From positions 1,490 through 65,489 of the forward strand of contig JAEUKJ010000497.1 of assembly GCA_016792665.1 (NCBI GenBank): a stretch of DNA of 64,000 nt, written 5' to 3'. The translations under genes were made by a program, and so were the position numbers. A model generated the notes under the pieces. The model did no database searches and was not told where the DNA came from. It was given only the letters and a program-made list of their open reading frames with translations. Source of the DNA: Deltaproteobacteria bacterium. GTDB taxonomy: Bacteria > Myxococcota_A > UBA9042 > PHBI01. Of this stretch, positions 1-9,046 are shown piece by piece (position 1 is the stretch's first letter; each line of letters opens with the position of its first letter).

Positions 1-3000
1 TTGAGCCGCTTGATGTCGGTCGCGACCGAGGCCAGGAGCACCTCGGGCTTGGGCAGCCCCTCGGCCTTGAAGGCCGACAGGACATCCTTCAGCGCGGCGA
101 GCGACATCATGCGCGAGGCGATCTGCTCCGAGCACTCGAACGGATAGGTCACGAGGTAGACGACCGCGTCGGTCAGCGCCTGGAGCTGGGTCGAGCTGGT
201 CTGCACCTCGAGCCCGCCGAACGCCGTGACGACCTCACCCGGCAGCTTCACCGGCTGCTTGATGCCGCCGTTGTCGATCTCGCCATAGGTCGCGAACGCC
301 TCGGTCGTGGCCGGCGTCCACACCGGCAGCTTGACCTCGGCCGCGTCGGCCCAGTTGCCCGAGACCGCGCCCGCCTGGAAGCGCGCCGTGCCCGGCTTCG
401 CCGCCGCCATCGGCAGCCGCACCTCGACCCGGTCATTGGCCGGGATCGTGACCGAGCGGCCCTTGCCGCCGGTGAGCTCCGCGTTGGTCGCACGCAGCGC
501 GAGCTGCACCGACATGGGCTTGTCGGTCTGGTTCTGCAGGACCACCGGCAGCTCGAAGCGATCGCCGAAGTTCAGGAAGCGCGGCGGCGACATGCGCACC
601 ATCAGCGGCAGTCGCGCGGTGATGGTCGACTCGCCCTTGCCGAAGAACTTGTCGCCCGCGAGAGCCACCGCGACCACGCGATAGCGGGTCAGGTTGTCGC
701 GCATCTTGAACGGCACGCGCACCTTGCCGCTGGCGTCGGTCTTCAGCTCGGGCGCGAAGATGACGAGCGGGTCGAAGTCCTTGCGCACCGCGATCGGGCC
801 GGCCTTGGGACCCGCCGGCTCACCCGGCGCCTCGGGCTTGGCCATCGCCGCGGTCGGGGCCGGCATCGGCATCGCCGCGTCGGCCGCCATCTCACGCCGC
901 GCGCCGCCCGACGCCTTCTCCATCTTCCCCATCTCCTCTTCCATCTGCTGGTTGCCGGCCTGCCCGTAGAGCTCGGCCAGCGCCGCCAGCATGACGTAGC
1001 TGCGCAGCCGCTCGGTGCGCGTGAAGTCGGGGCGACCCGTGTAGAACGCGGCGATCGGATCGGGGAACGCGTATCCCGTCAGCGCCAGGACCGACTCGTC
1101 GACCACGACGAGGGCGACCTCGGCGTCGGCCACGGCCTTGCCGCTCGCGTCCTTCACGGTCACGTCGACCGCAGTGTCCGCGCCCGGCTCGGTCTTCGGC
1201 GCCAGCGGCTCGGCCGTCACCGACAAGGTCCGCGAGACCGGCGGCACCGACAAGTCGATGGTGCCGACGGCGAAGGCGGGCCGCTTGGGGAGCTTCGGGT
1301 TGGGCTTGCCGTCATCGCCCACGCGATCGGCCTCGCCGTTCAAGAACACCGCGATCGAGACGCCGGGGATCATCCAGTCCTCGATCGGGACCTTGATCGT
1401 CGCCGCGTCCTTCTCGATGGTGAACGGCGTCGTCTTGACGATGCCCTCGCGCTTCAGGGTCCACACGCCCTCGGCCGGCGAGAACGGCGCCTGCACCAGC
1501 ACCTCGGCCACGTCGCCCACCGCGTAGGTCTTCTTCGACGGGATGAGGACGACCGCCTCTTCCTTGAGCTCGCGATCGGCCGGCTGCTTGCCGCCCGGCA
1601 CCCACACCGACAGCTCGGTCTCGTTCGGGCGCTTGTCCTTGTCGCTGACCGTCGCGACGATGCGATGACGGCCGCCCGCCTTCGGCAGGAACTTGCAGGT
1701 CACGACGTCCTTGGCCGAGTTGACCTTGCACTCCTCGACGTCTTCCTCGACCTCGGTCCAGCCGACCTTCTTCACCTTCTTCCACTCGAGGCGCGCGGCC
1801 TTCACCGTCACGGGCACGCCTTCCTGGCGCTTGCCCTCGATGTCGGCCACGACGACCTGGACCTCGATGGGCTTGCCGGTCTCGACGAACCAGCGGTCGG
1901 TCTTCAGGCCGACGTAGTTGCTCGACGGGTGCACGAGCAGCGTGGTCGTGGTCGACCAGGTCTGGCGGTTGACGTCCTCGACCGTCGCCTCGGCCACGAC
2001 CGAGGTCGGACGCGGCGGGGTCACGCCCTTGAAGTCGAGGCCCAGGCGGTGCGTGCCGGCGCTGTCGGTGCGGCCCTCGAAGGCCTGCGTGTTGCCGCCA
2101 CCGTGGCCACCGTAATCGCTGCGCCAGCCCCACCACGGGACCCACTTGCCAAAGACGAAGGTGTCGTGGTTCGGCGGCGTGAAGTTGGTCGGGCTGGTCG
2201 AGACGGACCAGTGCACGGGGGCGTTGGGGAGCGGGCCACCGGCGAAGTAGGTCGCGGTGATGGTCGCGAGTCCCGAGCCGCCGACGAAGTGCGGACCCTC
2301 GCTGGCGACCGACGCGACCTCGAACTCGGGGCGACGGAACTCCTGGATCTCGAAGCTGTGATAGGCCTGCCCTTCGGAGCTCGAGCCCGGGGAGAGCACG
2401 ATCGAGGCCGAGCCGAGGTTCGGCGTCTTGGGCAGCTTCAGGGCGAAGTTGAAGGTGCCGAGCGCCGAGACGTTCGCGTCGCCCTTGCCGATCTCATTGC
2501 CCTGCGAGTCGGTCGCGCGCCACGTGACCTTCGTGAGGCTGCCCGCCGGCAAGAGCGCGACGTCACCCTTTTTGCCGGCCTTGATGTTGCGCACGGCGCC
2601 CTTGACCGAGACGGTCTCGTCGGGGCGGTAGAGGTGGCGGTCGTCGAAGATCATCCAGCGCAGCTCGTCGCCGTGGCTCTGCTTGATCCAGCTGCCGCTG
2701 TCGCCGCCGTAGAGGTTGTCGGGCAGGAAGGCGAGGTCACCGCCCTGCTTGGCAAGCAGCACCTGGGTGCCGGCCGCGCCCGGCAGGTCGAGCGAGGCGA
2801 GGCCGTGCGCGTCGGTCTTGGCGATGGTACCCGGCGGGGTGAGCGTGACCTCGACCCCTTCGAGGGGCTTGCCGTTGGACAGGTTCGTGGCCCAGGCGGT
2901 GAGGCCCTCGTTGTCGGAGAGCGCGTCGAGGCCGATCTTGGTCGCCTGCACCCAGGAGATCGTCGACATCCGGTCGCGCTCCCACTTGTTCTCGAAGACG

Positions 3001-4769
3001 GTCGGGCGGATGACCGCGATGAGCTGGCCGAACTCGCCGTCCAGGGCGGGCGCGAGGTCGATGCCCACCTCGAAGAACTCCTCCTCGGGGGCGCCGGTAT
3101 CGATTTTCTGGTCGAAGACCTTCTTGCCGGGCGGGGTCTTCGGGGCGTCGTCGCGCCAGCGGTCTTGCAGGAAGGCGAGGTAGGCGGGCCAGTCGGCCGG
3201 GGTGACCTTGTAGAGCTGGACCTCGATCTGCTTCATGTTGACGACGTAGACCGGCAGGCGCCGCTTCTGCGCGATGGGGTCGAGCACGGTCATGTTCTTG
3301 AGCTGGCCGGCCAGGATCGCGCGGCTCGGGCCGACGCGCCAGTTCATCGTGTCGCTGTCGCCCAGCGTCTGGCCGTAGATGTCCTTGATGCCGGGGTCGA
3401 GCTTGACCTTGTAGCTCTCCTTGCCTTTGGTGCGGCCGCGCAGGCTGATGCTGGTCCACGAGGCGTCGGCCTGGAAGCCGGCCAGGGCGGGGTCGACGGT
3501 GATCTGCTTCGGGTCGAGGGCGTCCTCGTCGACCGGGTTCGTGAACTCGATCTGGAAGGGCATGCCCGCGTAGCACTCGTCACGCCAGCCGCAGCGGGCC
3601 TCCTTCACCTTGAAGGGGCCGTAGGTCTTGAACGAATAGGACAGGTCCTGTTCGGTGGTGCGCGGCCCCTCGGCCGACGGCAGCCCCTTCGGGAAGACGA
3701 CCGAGACCTGCGTGTCCTTGGGGAGCTTCTCGACGAGCTTCCAGGCGACCCAGCGGCCGACGTTGTCTCTGTCGTCGATCCAGGCCTGGGCCTCCTTCTT
3801 CTCCTCGTCCGCGGTCAGCGCACGGACCTTCAGCGTCTTGCCGCCGGCCGTGACCTTCACCTTCTCGCGGATGGCGTTGGGGTCGACCTTCTGATCGAAG
3901 AGGACATAGAAGACCGGCTCGAGCTGCACCGAGTCGCCCTGCGGCGCGCTCTGGCGGACCGACGGCGGCGGGGTCTTGAAGGTGAAGGTCTTGCCCTGAG
4001 CCAGGGCGTTGCCCAGCGCGTCCTTCACGCCGGCCGGGACCTCGACCTTGAACTCGGTCGCCATCGGCGCGCGACCGACCGGGTCGAAGAAGAGGGTCTT
4101 GGTCCCGACCCAGCGCCAGTTGCCCTCGATGGTCGGGCTCAGCTTCGCCGGGACGGCCTCCTTGGCGAGCGTGTCGTGCGACGTGATGGCGACCATCGGC
4201 GTCGCGAAGGTCACCGTGATGCGCGGCGCGAGCGGCACGTCACCCTCGGGCTGATAGCGCAGCACCGCGGGCGGGACCTGGGTGATGTCGGGCGCCGCGA
4301 TGGCCGGCGGGGCCGGCGGCGGGAAGTTCGCCTCGATGACTCCACCGGTCAGCGGCGGGGGCTTCGAGCCCTCGCGCAGCGCGAACTCGACGACGTCGCC
4401 GTCCTCGCTGCCGATCTTCGGCAGGCGGTCCAAGATCTTCTGCGCGTCCGCATCGGTCAGCGGCTTGGCCTCGACCGGCGGCGCGGTCGGACGCTTGTCG
4501 GCATCCGGCGTTCCCTCGCGCAGCACGTACTCGAAGCTGCCCTCCTCACTCGCACCCGGACCCGGGACCATCTTCATCGAGGCCCCCTCCGCGCGCGGCG
4601 TGCCCTCTTCCTTGCCCTCGATGAACGGGTGCTTGGTCGGCTCGCCGCCGCCCGCGCCCTCGCCATCGGGCGTCGGTAGCGTCTTGTCGTTGCAGGCCCC
4701 GGCGAACGAGACGGCCCCCACCGCCCCCAACACCAGGCCCCATCCCAGGAGCCTCGCGAATCGTTTCAT
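1..4769 (-). CDS. alpha-2-macroglobulin family lipoprotein (bacterial A2M/YfhM-like); C-terminus lies beyond the left edge
   Basis: I translated the minus strand from ATG 4769..4767. The product begins MKRFARLLGWGLVLGAVGAVSFAGAC (signal peptide plus lipobox). The frame then stays open to position 1, so it has no stop in the window and is missing from the ORF track. GC3 is high. Near the edge it reads TYPFECSEQIASR, a CxEQ thioester motif (123..134, Cys codon 134..132, in frame with the start). All listed ORFs in 1..4700 are Arg/Ala/Gly-rich shadow frames. Confidence 0.85.
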   Translation of the reverse strand, partial: MKRFARLLGWGLVLGAVGAVSFAGACNDKTLPTPDGEGAGGGEPTKHPFIEGKEEGTPRAEGASMKMVPGPGASEEGSFEYVLREGTPDADKRPTAPPVEAKPLTDADAQKILDRLPKIGSEDGDVVEFALREGSKPPPLTGGVIEANFPPPAPPAIAAPDITQVPPAVLRYQPEGDVPLAPRITVTFATPMVAITSHDTLAKEAVPAKLSPTIEGNWRWVGTKTLFFDPVGRAPMATEFKVEVPAGVKDALGNALAQGKTFTFKTPPPSVRQSAPQGDSVQLEPVFYVLFDQKVDPNAIREKVKVTAGGKTLKVRALTADEEKKEAQAWIDDRDNVGRWVAWKLVEKLPKDTQVSVVFPKGLPSAEGPRTTEQDLSYSFKTYGPFKVKEARCGWRDECYAGMPFQIEFTNPVDEDALDPKQITVDPALAGFQADASWTSISLRGRTKGKESYKVKLDPGIKDIYGQTLGDSDTMNWRVGPSRAILAGQLKNMTVLDPIAQKRRLPVYVVNMKQIEVQLYKVTPADWPAYLAFLQDRWRDDAPKTPPGKKVFDQKIDTGAPEEEFFEVGIDLAPALDGEFGQLIAVIRPTVFENKWERDRMSTISWVQATKIGLDALSDNEGLTAWATNLSNGKPLEGVEVTLTPPGTIAKTDAHGLASLDLPGAAGTQVLLAKQGGDLAFLPDNLYGGDSGSWIKQSHGDELRWMIFDDRHLYRPDETVSVKGAVRNIKAGKKGDVALLPAGSLTKVTWRATDSQGNEIGKGDANVSALGTFNFALKLPKTPNLGSASIVLSPGSSSEGQAYHSFEIQEFRRPEFEVASVASEGPHFVGGSGLATITATYFAGGPLPNAPVHWSVSTSPTNFTPPNHDTFVFGKWVPWWGWRSDYGGHGGGNTQAFEGRTDSAGTHRLGLDFKGVTPPRPTSVVAEATVEDVNRQTWSTTTTLLVHPSSNYVGLKTDRWFVETGKPIEVQVVVADIEGKRQEGVPVTVKAARLEWKKVKKVGWTEVEEDVEECKVNSAKDVVTCKFLPKAGGRHRIVATVSDKDKRPNETELSVWVPGGKQPADRELKEEAVVLIPSKKTYAVGDVAEVLVQAPFSPAEGVWTLKREGIVKTTPFTIEKDAATIKVPIEDWMIPGVSIAVFLNGEADRVGDDGKPNPKLPKRPAFAVGTIDLSVPPVSRTLSVTAEPLAPKTEPGADTAVDVTVKDASGKAVADAEVALVVVDESVLALTGYAFPDPIAAFYTGRPDFTRTERLRSYVMLAALAELYGQAGNQQMEEEMGKMEKASGGARREMAADAAMPMPAPTAAMAKPEAPGEPAGPKAGPIAVRKDFDPLVIFAPELKTDASGKVRVPFKMRDNLTRYRVVAVALAGDKFFGKGESTITARLPLMVRMSPPRFLNFGDRFELPVVLQNQTDKPMSVQLALRATNAELTGGKGRSVTIPANDRVEVRLPMAAAKPGTARFQAGAVSGNWADAAEVKLPVWTPATTEAFATYGEIDNGGIKQPVKLPGEVVTAFGGLEVQTSSTQLQALTDAVVYLVTYPFECSEQIASRMMSLAALKDVLSAFKAEGLPKPEVLLASVATDIKRL

Positions 4770-4999
4770 GCTCTACTCCTCATGGTTCGGGCGGCACCCT
4801 AGCCGATCTCGTCGCCGCTGTCGCGCCGCGACCGGTGCGCCGAGACCCCTCGGGCGACACCGCTGAAAGCCGCACCGCGCTTGGGTACGGACCAAGCTGC
4901 GAAAAGTTTTTCGCAGCCACGAAGTGCCTCGCCCGACGCGGGCCCTTTCGCGCACGGGCGACGTTTGACCAAGCGCCGCCTGCGGAGGATTCTCGCAGC

Positions 5000-6922
5000 G
5001 TGACCACCCCACTCTCTCGCTGGCGCTTCTTCGTCCCGATCCTCTTTGCGGCCGCGCTCGGTGCGTGTGCCTCGGCGCCGTCGCGGCGCGAGGTCGTGGT
5101 GGACTTCCTGACGGTGCGAGGGGTCGAGGGCAACACGACCCCGGCGCTGGTGTCGGTCGAGCCGAACAAGACCGATCGCATCCGGGTGGGCGTGCTCGAG
5201 AGCTCGGCCCTGTCGCTGTCTGGGCAGTGGCGCGCGTCGGTGTGGCTGGCGGCCTTCCAGGCGTCCTTGGCGCTGGACCGACCGCTCTCGGACTGGGTGG
5301 TGTGGGTCGAGGCGATCCGCAATGGCGCCCAGTTCGATGGGCCCTCGGCCGGTGCCCTGCTGACGGCCGGGATGCTCGCGGGCATGACCGGGCAGAAGGC
5401 CGACCCCAACTTCACGATGACCGGGACCATCAATCCCGACGGCACGGTCGGGCCGGTCGGCGGCATCCCGCAGAAGTTCAAGGCGGCCATCGCCAACGGC
5501 AAGACTACGCTGGGCTATCCGCTGGGGCAGGGCCGCGCGACCGACATCGTCACGCAGCAGGAGGTCGAGCTCCGGTCGCTGGCGAGCACGACGGTCAACG
5601 TCGTCGAGGTGCCCGACGTCGAGACCGCGTATCGGCTGCTGACCGGCAAGGAGCTGCCGCAGGCGATCCCCGTCGAGCCCGCGGCGATGGCGCTGCCGCC
5701 GAAGATCGAGGAGGGGCTGCGCGCGCAGACCGAGACCTGGCTCTCGAATGTGGCGGGGGCCTTTGGCGAGTGGAAGTCGCTGAACGTGGTCGACCCCGAG
5801 CTCGACCAGCGCTGGAACCAGATCGATCGCCTCTTCACCGAGACCAAGGCCTTCCTCGACAGCAAAGAGACCGCCGCGGCCTACACGCTGGCCAACCTGA
5901 TGTTCGTCGACGCGGACTCGGCCTTCTTGCGCGGCAAGCTGACGCGCTTGGTGCGCGATGGGCAGTTCGAAGCGGCATCGCTGTTCGTCGGTGGCATCTT
6001 CGACAACATCGACGGGCGGCTCGCGGGGACGACCGCCAAGATGAAGACCGAGGCCGCGCGCTCGGCGAGCGACCTCATGAGCCTCACCGCGGCCTACGAG
6101 TCACTCGGCAGCGCGGTGCGCCACTTCTTCCAGGGCTTGAACCAGCGCAAGGTCAACGCGGCGCGCGTCGACGAGCTGATCGGCGGCCTGCGGCAGGCCA
6201 AGCTCCAACCCCTGCCCCCCGTCCTGGACGAGCTCATCGCGCTCCTCTATGGGCCGCTCGCCGAGGCCTCGGCCGCCAATGTGCACAACTTCGTCGCCGA
6301 CCAGAACCTCGCCTTCCGCCCCGACCTGCGCCCCGACGCGCGCGAGCTGCCCAAGCGTCTGGTCGACCGGCTGAGCCAGCTCCTGCGCATCGCGGGAAAT
6401 GCCAATATCAGCTATTTCGAGCAGACCACGCTGTCGGAGATTGCCAAGGCCAATGGCGTCTCGCTGGAGACGGTGAAGGCCAAGTTCGGTGACCCGGCCT
6501 ACCAGCTCTTGCAGGACGAGCTGCGCGCGGCGACCGAGAACGCCTTCTCGACGCTCGTCGGCGAGGGCACGACGCTCGAGATGGTGCGCCTCGCGGAGGC
6601 CCTGTCGGCCTATGTCGACGCGGCCTTCCTCATCGCCAAGTACTACTCGCTGGACGCGACCACGGCCCCCGACGGCAGCATCATCAAGCTCGGGCGCGAG
6701 ACGGTGCTGACGCGCATGCTCGAGCTCGCCGAGGTGAAGTCGCGCATCCACGCGGCACGCGCCCTGAAGGAGACGGGCGAGGTGCCGGTGGCGGCGCGGT
6801 TGGCGTATCAGATCGGTCGCTCGTGGCAGGGCGCGCCCTCGGCGAGCGCGCGACTGCAAGCGCTGCAACAGTATTGGCGGGCGTCGATGTTGTCGCAGCT
6901 CGCGGTGTTGCTGCGGCGATAG
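5000..6922 (+). CDS. secreted S16 (Lon-like) serine peptidase lipoprotein without an AAA+ module, with a long helical C-terminal region
   Basis: ORF 4835..6922. The preferred start is GTG 5000, giving VTTPLSRWRFFVPILFAAALGAC (signal plus lipobox). FDGPSAGALLTAGMLAGMTG and MTGTINPDGTVGPVGGIPQKFKAA fit the Ser and Lys dyad motifs of the Lon proteolytic domain. Confidence 0.8.
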   Translation: MTTPLSRWRFFVPILFAAALGACASAPSRREVVVDFLTVRGVEGNTTPALVSVEPNKTDRIRVGVLESSALSLSGQWRASVWLAAFQASLALDRPLSDWVVWVEAIRNGAQFDGPSAGALLTAGMLAGMTGQKADPNFTMTGTINPDGTVGPVGGIPQKFKAAIANGKTTLGYPLGQGRATDIVTQQEVELRSLASTTVNVVEVPDVETAYRLLTGKELPQAIPVEPAAMALPPKIEEGLRAQTETWLSNVAGAFGEWKSLNVVDPELDQRWNQIDRLFTETKAFLDSKETAAAYTLANLMFVDADSAFLRGKLTRLVRDGQFEAASLFVGGIFDNIDGRLAGTTAKMKTEAARSASDLMSLTAAYESLGSAVRHFFQGLNQRKVNAARVDELIGGLRQAKLQPLPPVLDELIALLYGPLAEASAANVHNFVADQNLAFRPDLRPDARELPKRLVDRLSQLLRIAGNANISYFEQTTLSEIAKANGVSLETVKAKFGDPAYQLLQDELRAATENAFSTLVGEGTTLEMVRLAEALSAYVDAAFLIAKYYSLDATTAPDGSIIKLGRETVLTRMLELAEVKSRIHAARALKETGEVPVAARLAYQIGRSWQGAPSASARLQALQQYWRASMLSQLAVLLRR

Positions 6923-6967
6923 CCGGCCGCGGAAGACCGGCCGTTGCCAGGCTGCCCGACGGATCGA

Positions 6968-7606
6968 TCAGGGCTGCTGGATCCCGGCGCAGGCCTCGAA
7001 GTCCGGCGTGCAGTTCTGGTCGCGGCAGGTGTTGCAGGCCTCGGAGGTGGGCGTGAAGCACTGCGCGGCGCAGTTGGCGATCGTGCAGGCGATGACCCCG
7101 CCGAAGCAGTCCGCGCAGCCCGACGAGAGTTCGGTCGACTGCTGGAGGCAGTCCGACGAGCACGCGGCGCCCGAGGCGAGGCACTGGAAGACGCAGGTCT
7201 GGATCTTGCCGGCCAGCGTGATCTCTTCGGTGCGGAGGGTCGCGAGGTCGCCTTCGTTGTTGCACGCGCCCGTGGCCGAAGCGTCGATCGGGTCGGCCGT
7301 GTCGAAGGCGACGTCGGCGGGGTTGGTGTCGGCCGTATCCGCCGTGTCGAGCGCGATGTCCGCAGGCGTCGTATCGGCCGTGTCGAGCGCGACGTCCTCA
7401 GGCGTCGTGTCGGCCGTGTCGAGGGCGACGTCCGCCGGCGACGTGTCGGCCGCGACGGTGTCCGGCGCGACGTCGACGGGCGTCGTGTCCATGGGCGTCG
7501 TGTCCACGGTGTCGGTCGTGTCGTTGTTGCCGGTGGTGGCGGCGTCATCGCAAGCGACGAGGCCGAGGACGAAGAGGGACGACGTCAGGAGACGAGCGAG
7601 CGACAT
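6968..7606 (-). CDS. lipoprotein with Asp/Thr-rich tandem repeats and a 14-Cys C-terminal domain (hypothetical)
   Basis: ORF 6968..7780. The internal ATG at 7606 gives MSLARLLTSSLFVLGLVAC (lipobox). The product continues with DVALDTADTTPE-type 12-aa repeats and then a Cys-rich tail (CVFQCLASGAACSSDC...CADCFGGVIACTIANCAAQC). Confidence 0.7.
   Translation of the reverse strand: MSLARLLTSSLFVLGLVACDDAATTGNNDTTDTVDTTPMDTTPVDVAPDTVAADTSPADVALDTADTTPEDVALDTADTTPADIALDTADTADTNPADVAFDTADPIDASATGACNNEGDLATLRTEEITLAGKIQTCVFQCLASGAACSSDCLQQSTELSSGCADCFGGVIACTIANCAAQCFTPTSEACNTCRDQNCTPDFEACAGIQQP
7344..7451 (-). repeat. three tandem 36-bp coding repeats (DxALDTADTTPx units)
   Basis: The units 7344..7379, 7380..7415 and 7416..7451 are near-identical (gtgtcgagcgcgaYgtcc...ggcgtcgtRtcggcc) and lie in frame inside CDS 6968..7606. 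Confidence 0.8.
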
Positions 7607-7716
7607 GAGAGCTCCGTTGGGCGCAGGTTCCGCAGGGTGCGCGCGGCGTCTCATAAGAGAAAGCGCACGTGGGCACAAGCGATTGCGCGCCACGCGCGGC
7701 GGCGGTGTCGGTCGCG

Positions 7717-8958
7717 TCAGGGGCGCTCGAGGGCTGCGGGCAGGCCGGTGAAGACGTCGGCCGGGGCGAGTCCCATCCACGGGTCGTCGAGCGGGGTCAG
7801 GAAGACCTCGGCATAGACCAGGCGCACGAGGTCATCGATCGGGCGGTCGGGCGTGGCGGCGAAGAGCTCTTGGATCTGACTCTTCACGACGAGGTCGTTC
7901 TGCACCTCGTCGCGCGCGAGGGTGCCCTCGACCGGGGCGACCATGCGCAACATCGGCCGCTCGGTGGCGAGCTTCGTGACCGCGACCGGGGCGGCGCGGA
8001 AGGCCAGGAGGAGGTCGCGCGGCGACTCGCCGGTGGCACGGCGCTGGGCCACCATGAGCGTCGTCAGGAGCGACTCGACCGTCTCCGAGAAGCGAACGGG
8101 GCGTGTGGCGGCGAGACGCCCGAGGACGTCCTCGCTGGTCGCGGCGGCGAGGGCGGCGCGCTCGCGCGGGACGGTCGGACGCACGGCGCGGACGGCTTCC
8201 CACCAGCGCGTGAGGCGCTGCGAGAGGTCGGACTCGTGGTAGCGCTGGAGGGCGGCGCGGCGCGCGGCGGGCGAGAGCTTGCCCACGTCCTTGGCGAGGG
8301 AGGCGGCGCTGGCGAGCCAGGTCGCGAAGGTCACCGGGCCGACGAGGCCGGGCTCGAGGTCGACCACGGCGCCGTCCGAGGTGAGGGCCAGGTGCATGCT
8401 GTTGCCGGTGATGGTGCGGACGATGGTCTTGCCGTCGCCGAGGTCGATCGTGATCTTCGGGGCCTTGCGCACCGACTCCCAGTGCAGCACCCAGCCGTCG
8501 TGGAGGGCCTTGGCGATGGTGGGATCGGGGTAGAGCATCGTGCGGAAGAAGCGGCTGTTGGCGCACGAGAAGTCCTCGTCGAGGTCGCCGAGGAGGCGGA
8601 GCGAGAGGATGGGACGACCGGTGGCCTTGGCCCGGGCCTTGGCGGCGGCGAGGTCGGTGTACCAATAGAGCCCCGAGAACCCAGCGTAGCGCTGGCGCGC
8701 GACGCGGTCGATGAGGGCGTCCCACTTGGCCCCAGGGGAGTCGGCGTGGGCGGGGTCGATGAGGAGCGACGGCGTCGGCACCGAGGAGAGCTCGAGCCGG
8801 AGCTTCAGGAGCCGATCGAAGCCGTCAGGGCCGAGGGCACGGAGCTTGTCGACCGCGCTCGAGTCACCCGCGATCGCGGCCTCTGCCAAAGCGGGGATCG
8901 GATCCGGGGCGGGCGCGGCGGTGAAGAAGGTGAGGACGATGAACGCGAAGGACAGCAT
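7717..8958 (-). CDS. secreted hypothetical protein, possibly with a degenerate thioredoxin-like fold
   Basis: ORF of 413 aa with an N-terminal hydrophobic signal (MLSFAFIVLTFFTAAPAP). The segment YWYTDLAAAKARAKATGRPILSLRLLGDLDEDFSCANSRFF resembles a Thioredoxin_7-type layout but has FSCANS in place of WCxxC. The family call is weak. Confidence 0.6.
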   Translation of the reverse strand: MLSFAFIVLTFFTAAPAPDPIPALAEAAIAGDSSAVDKLRALGPDGFDRLLKLRLELSSVPTPSLLIDPAHADSPGAKWDALIDRVARQRYAGFSGLYWYTDLAAAKARAKATGRPILSLRLLGDLDEDFSCANSRFFRTMLYPDPTIAKALHDGWVLHWESVRKAPKITIDLGDGKTIVRTITGNSMHLALTSDGAVVDLEPGLVGPVTFATWLASAASLAKDVGKLSPAARRAALQRYHESDLSQRLTRWWEAVRAVRPTVPRERAALAAATSEDVLGRLAATRPVRFSETVESLLTTLMVAQRRATGESPRDLLLAFRAAPVAVTKLATERPMLRMVAPVEGTLARDEVQNDLVVKSQIQELFAATPDRPIDDLVRLVYAEVFLTPLDDPWMGLAPADVFTGLPAALERP

Positions 8959-9046
8959 GCGAGGTCTCCGTTCCGGTGGAGACCCAAGCTACGCGCTGCG
9001 GCGAGGCGTCGAGGTAAAGTCCGCGCAAATCCCCGAGGGCCCTTTT

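Noticed and set aside
1665-4679. Plus-strand ORF of 1004 aa, the longest ORF listed in the first 5 kb
   Set aside because: Its composition (a long run of L/R/G/A/D/V such as LDVFLDLGPADLLHLL) is typical of the antisense shadow of a high-GC gene. The minus strand carries an uninterrupted, motif-bearing A2M frame across the same span.
7283-7545. Regularly spaced short repeats that could be mistaken for a CRISPR-like array (also 19930..20090 and 59700..59880)
   Set aside because: The repeats are in frame inside lipoprotein genes and encode the Asp/Thr linkers. The units are contiguous, with no unique spacers, and no cas genes are nearby.
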